DNA from: Laetmonice hystrix
Taxonomy: Eukaryota
Reading direction: 5' to 3'
Assembly: GCA_965235115.1 (NCBI GenBank)
Contig: OZ249436.1
Span: forward strand, 29,266,001-29,330,000
Length of the DNA stretch: 64,000 nucleotides
Part shown: positions 63,342-64,000 of the stretch, piece by piece
How the letters are laid out: the number at the start of each line of letters is the position of its first letter
Numbering within the stretch: the first letter of the stretch is position 1
Translations under genes and position numbers: made by a program
Notes under the pieces: model-generated
What the model was told of the DNA's origin: nothing
The model's database searches: none
The model's input: only the letters and a program-made list of their open reading frames with translations

Positions 63342-64000
63342 TTAAAAGTGTTTATTCATGATTGCATTGAGGAAAAGTTGACAGTGCAGAAGTGGTGGAG
63401 GGAACAGATCATAATTATTGGTAAGAAGGAAGGCTGGCATAGTGATCAAGAGAGATGCCGTTTGTTAAATTGTTCCATATTGTTAAATCCACGAAAAAGG
63501 CCAAAAGTCTAGATAACAAGTATCATTACTTGTAGTTTTCCATTCGAAAGAAATCGGAGAGAACTGTCTGTGCTAGCCATCCTTATATCAAGAAGTATGG
63601 TCCCTGGTCAGTATTTGAACATTTCAGTTCCCAACAATCATGTAAGGAATTTGTCAAAGTTGGCAGTAGTTACTTATAGTCATTGGGAAACCTCAGTGGG
63701 ATGTGATGAGCAAAGAAAAATCTGATACAGTACTTACTATAAAAATGGAAAATTGCTAATTTTAAATATTACTTGAAAAATCTTTTATGGTTGCCAAAAG
63801 TTTAGTTTACCGGTACATAAATTGTAACATACGGGATGTTCAGTTTACTTGAACACATCCCCCTGAGTGTCTCATCCCTATGAATGTTGCCTCATGAATT
63901 TCTGTGTATGCAGACTCTATGAAAGAATGTGTATTGCCTCTTACCTCTGGGCCACTGTGGTATCCAGAAAGATTGAACAATTCCTCTGAGTCTGAAATCC

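Overview
This is eukaryotic, intron-containing animal DNA. An innexin-like gene and a Meta-type SINE suggest a protostome invertebrate, probably a lophotrochozoan (inference). It holds four protein-coding genes: a two-exon, highly divergent innexin-like gene (+, 10095-11607); two tandem PRRT3/PRRT4-like 7-TM paralogs (-, 13410-14817 and 24836-26417); and a large exon of a gene with a conserved uncharacterised N-terminal domain (+, 61427-62329, continuing past the window). A possible multi-exon pseudogene lies between the 7-TM paralogs. Most remaining sequence is nested non-autonomous DNA transposons, many with readable target-site duplications: CACTA-, IS3EU-, hAT5-, Kolobok-, Harbinger-, AcademH- and Ginger-like. 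There is also a decayed L1/Tx1 LINE, a tRNA/Meta SINE and minisatellites of 50, 47, 40 and 95 bp. The strongest candidates for novelty are three. First, a 5.75-kb Ginger-like element with 412-bp TIRs whose transposase is replaced by a 40-bp array punctuated by pre-miRNA-sized hairpins, downstream of a TATA box. Second, the atypical innexin. Third, internal evidence that the abundant TAGGCCTA/TAGGCTA/TACATGTA words are micro-insertions at TA sites. No CRISPR array, rRNA or intact tRNA was found. All family calls come from manual motif recognition, not database searches.
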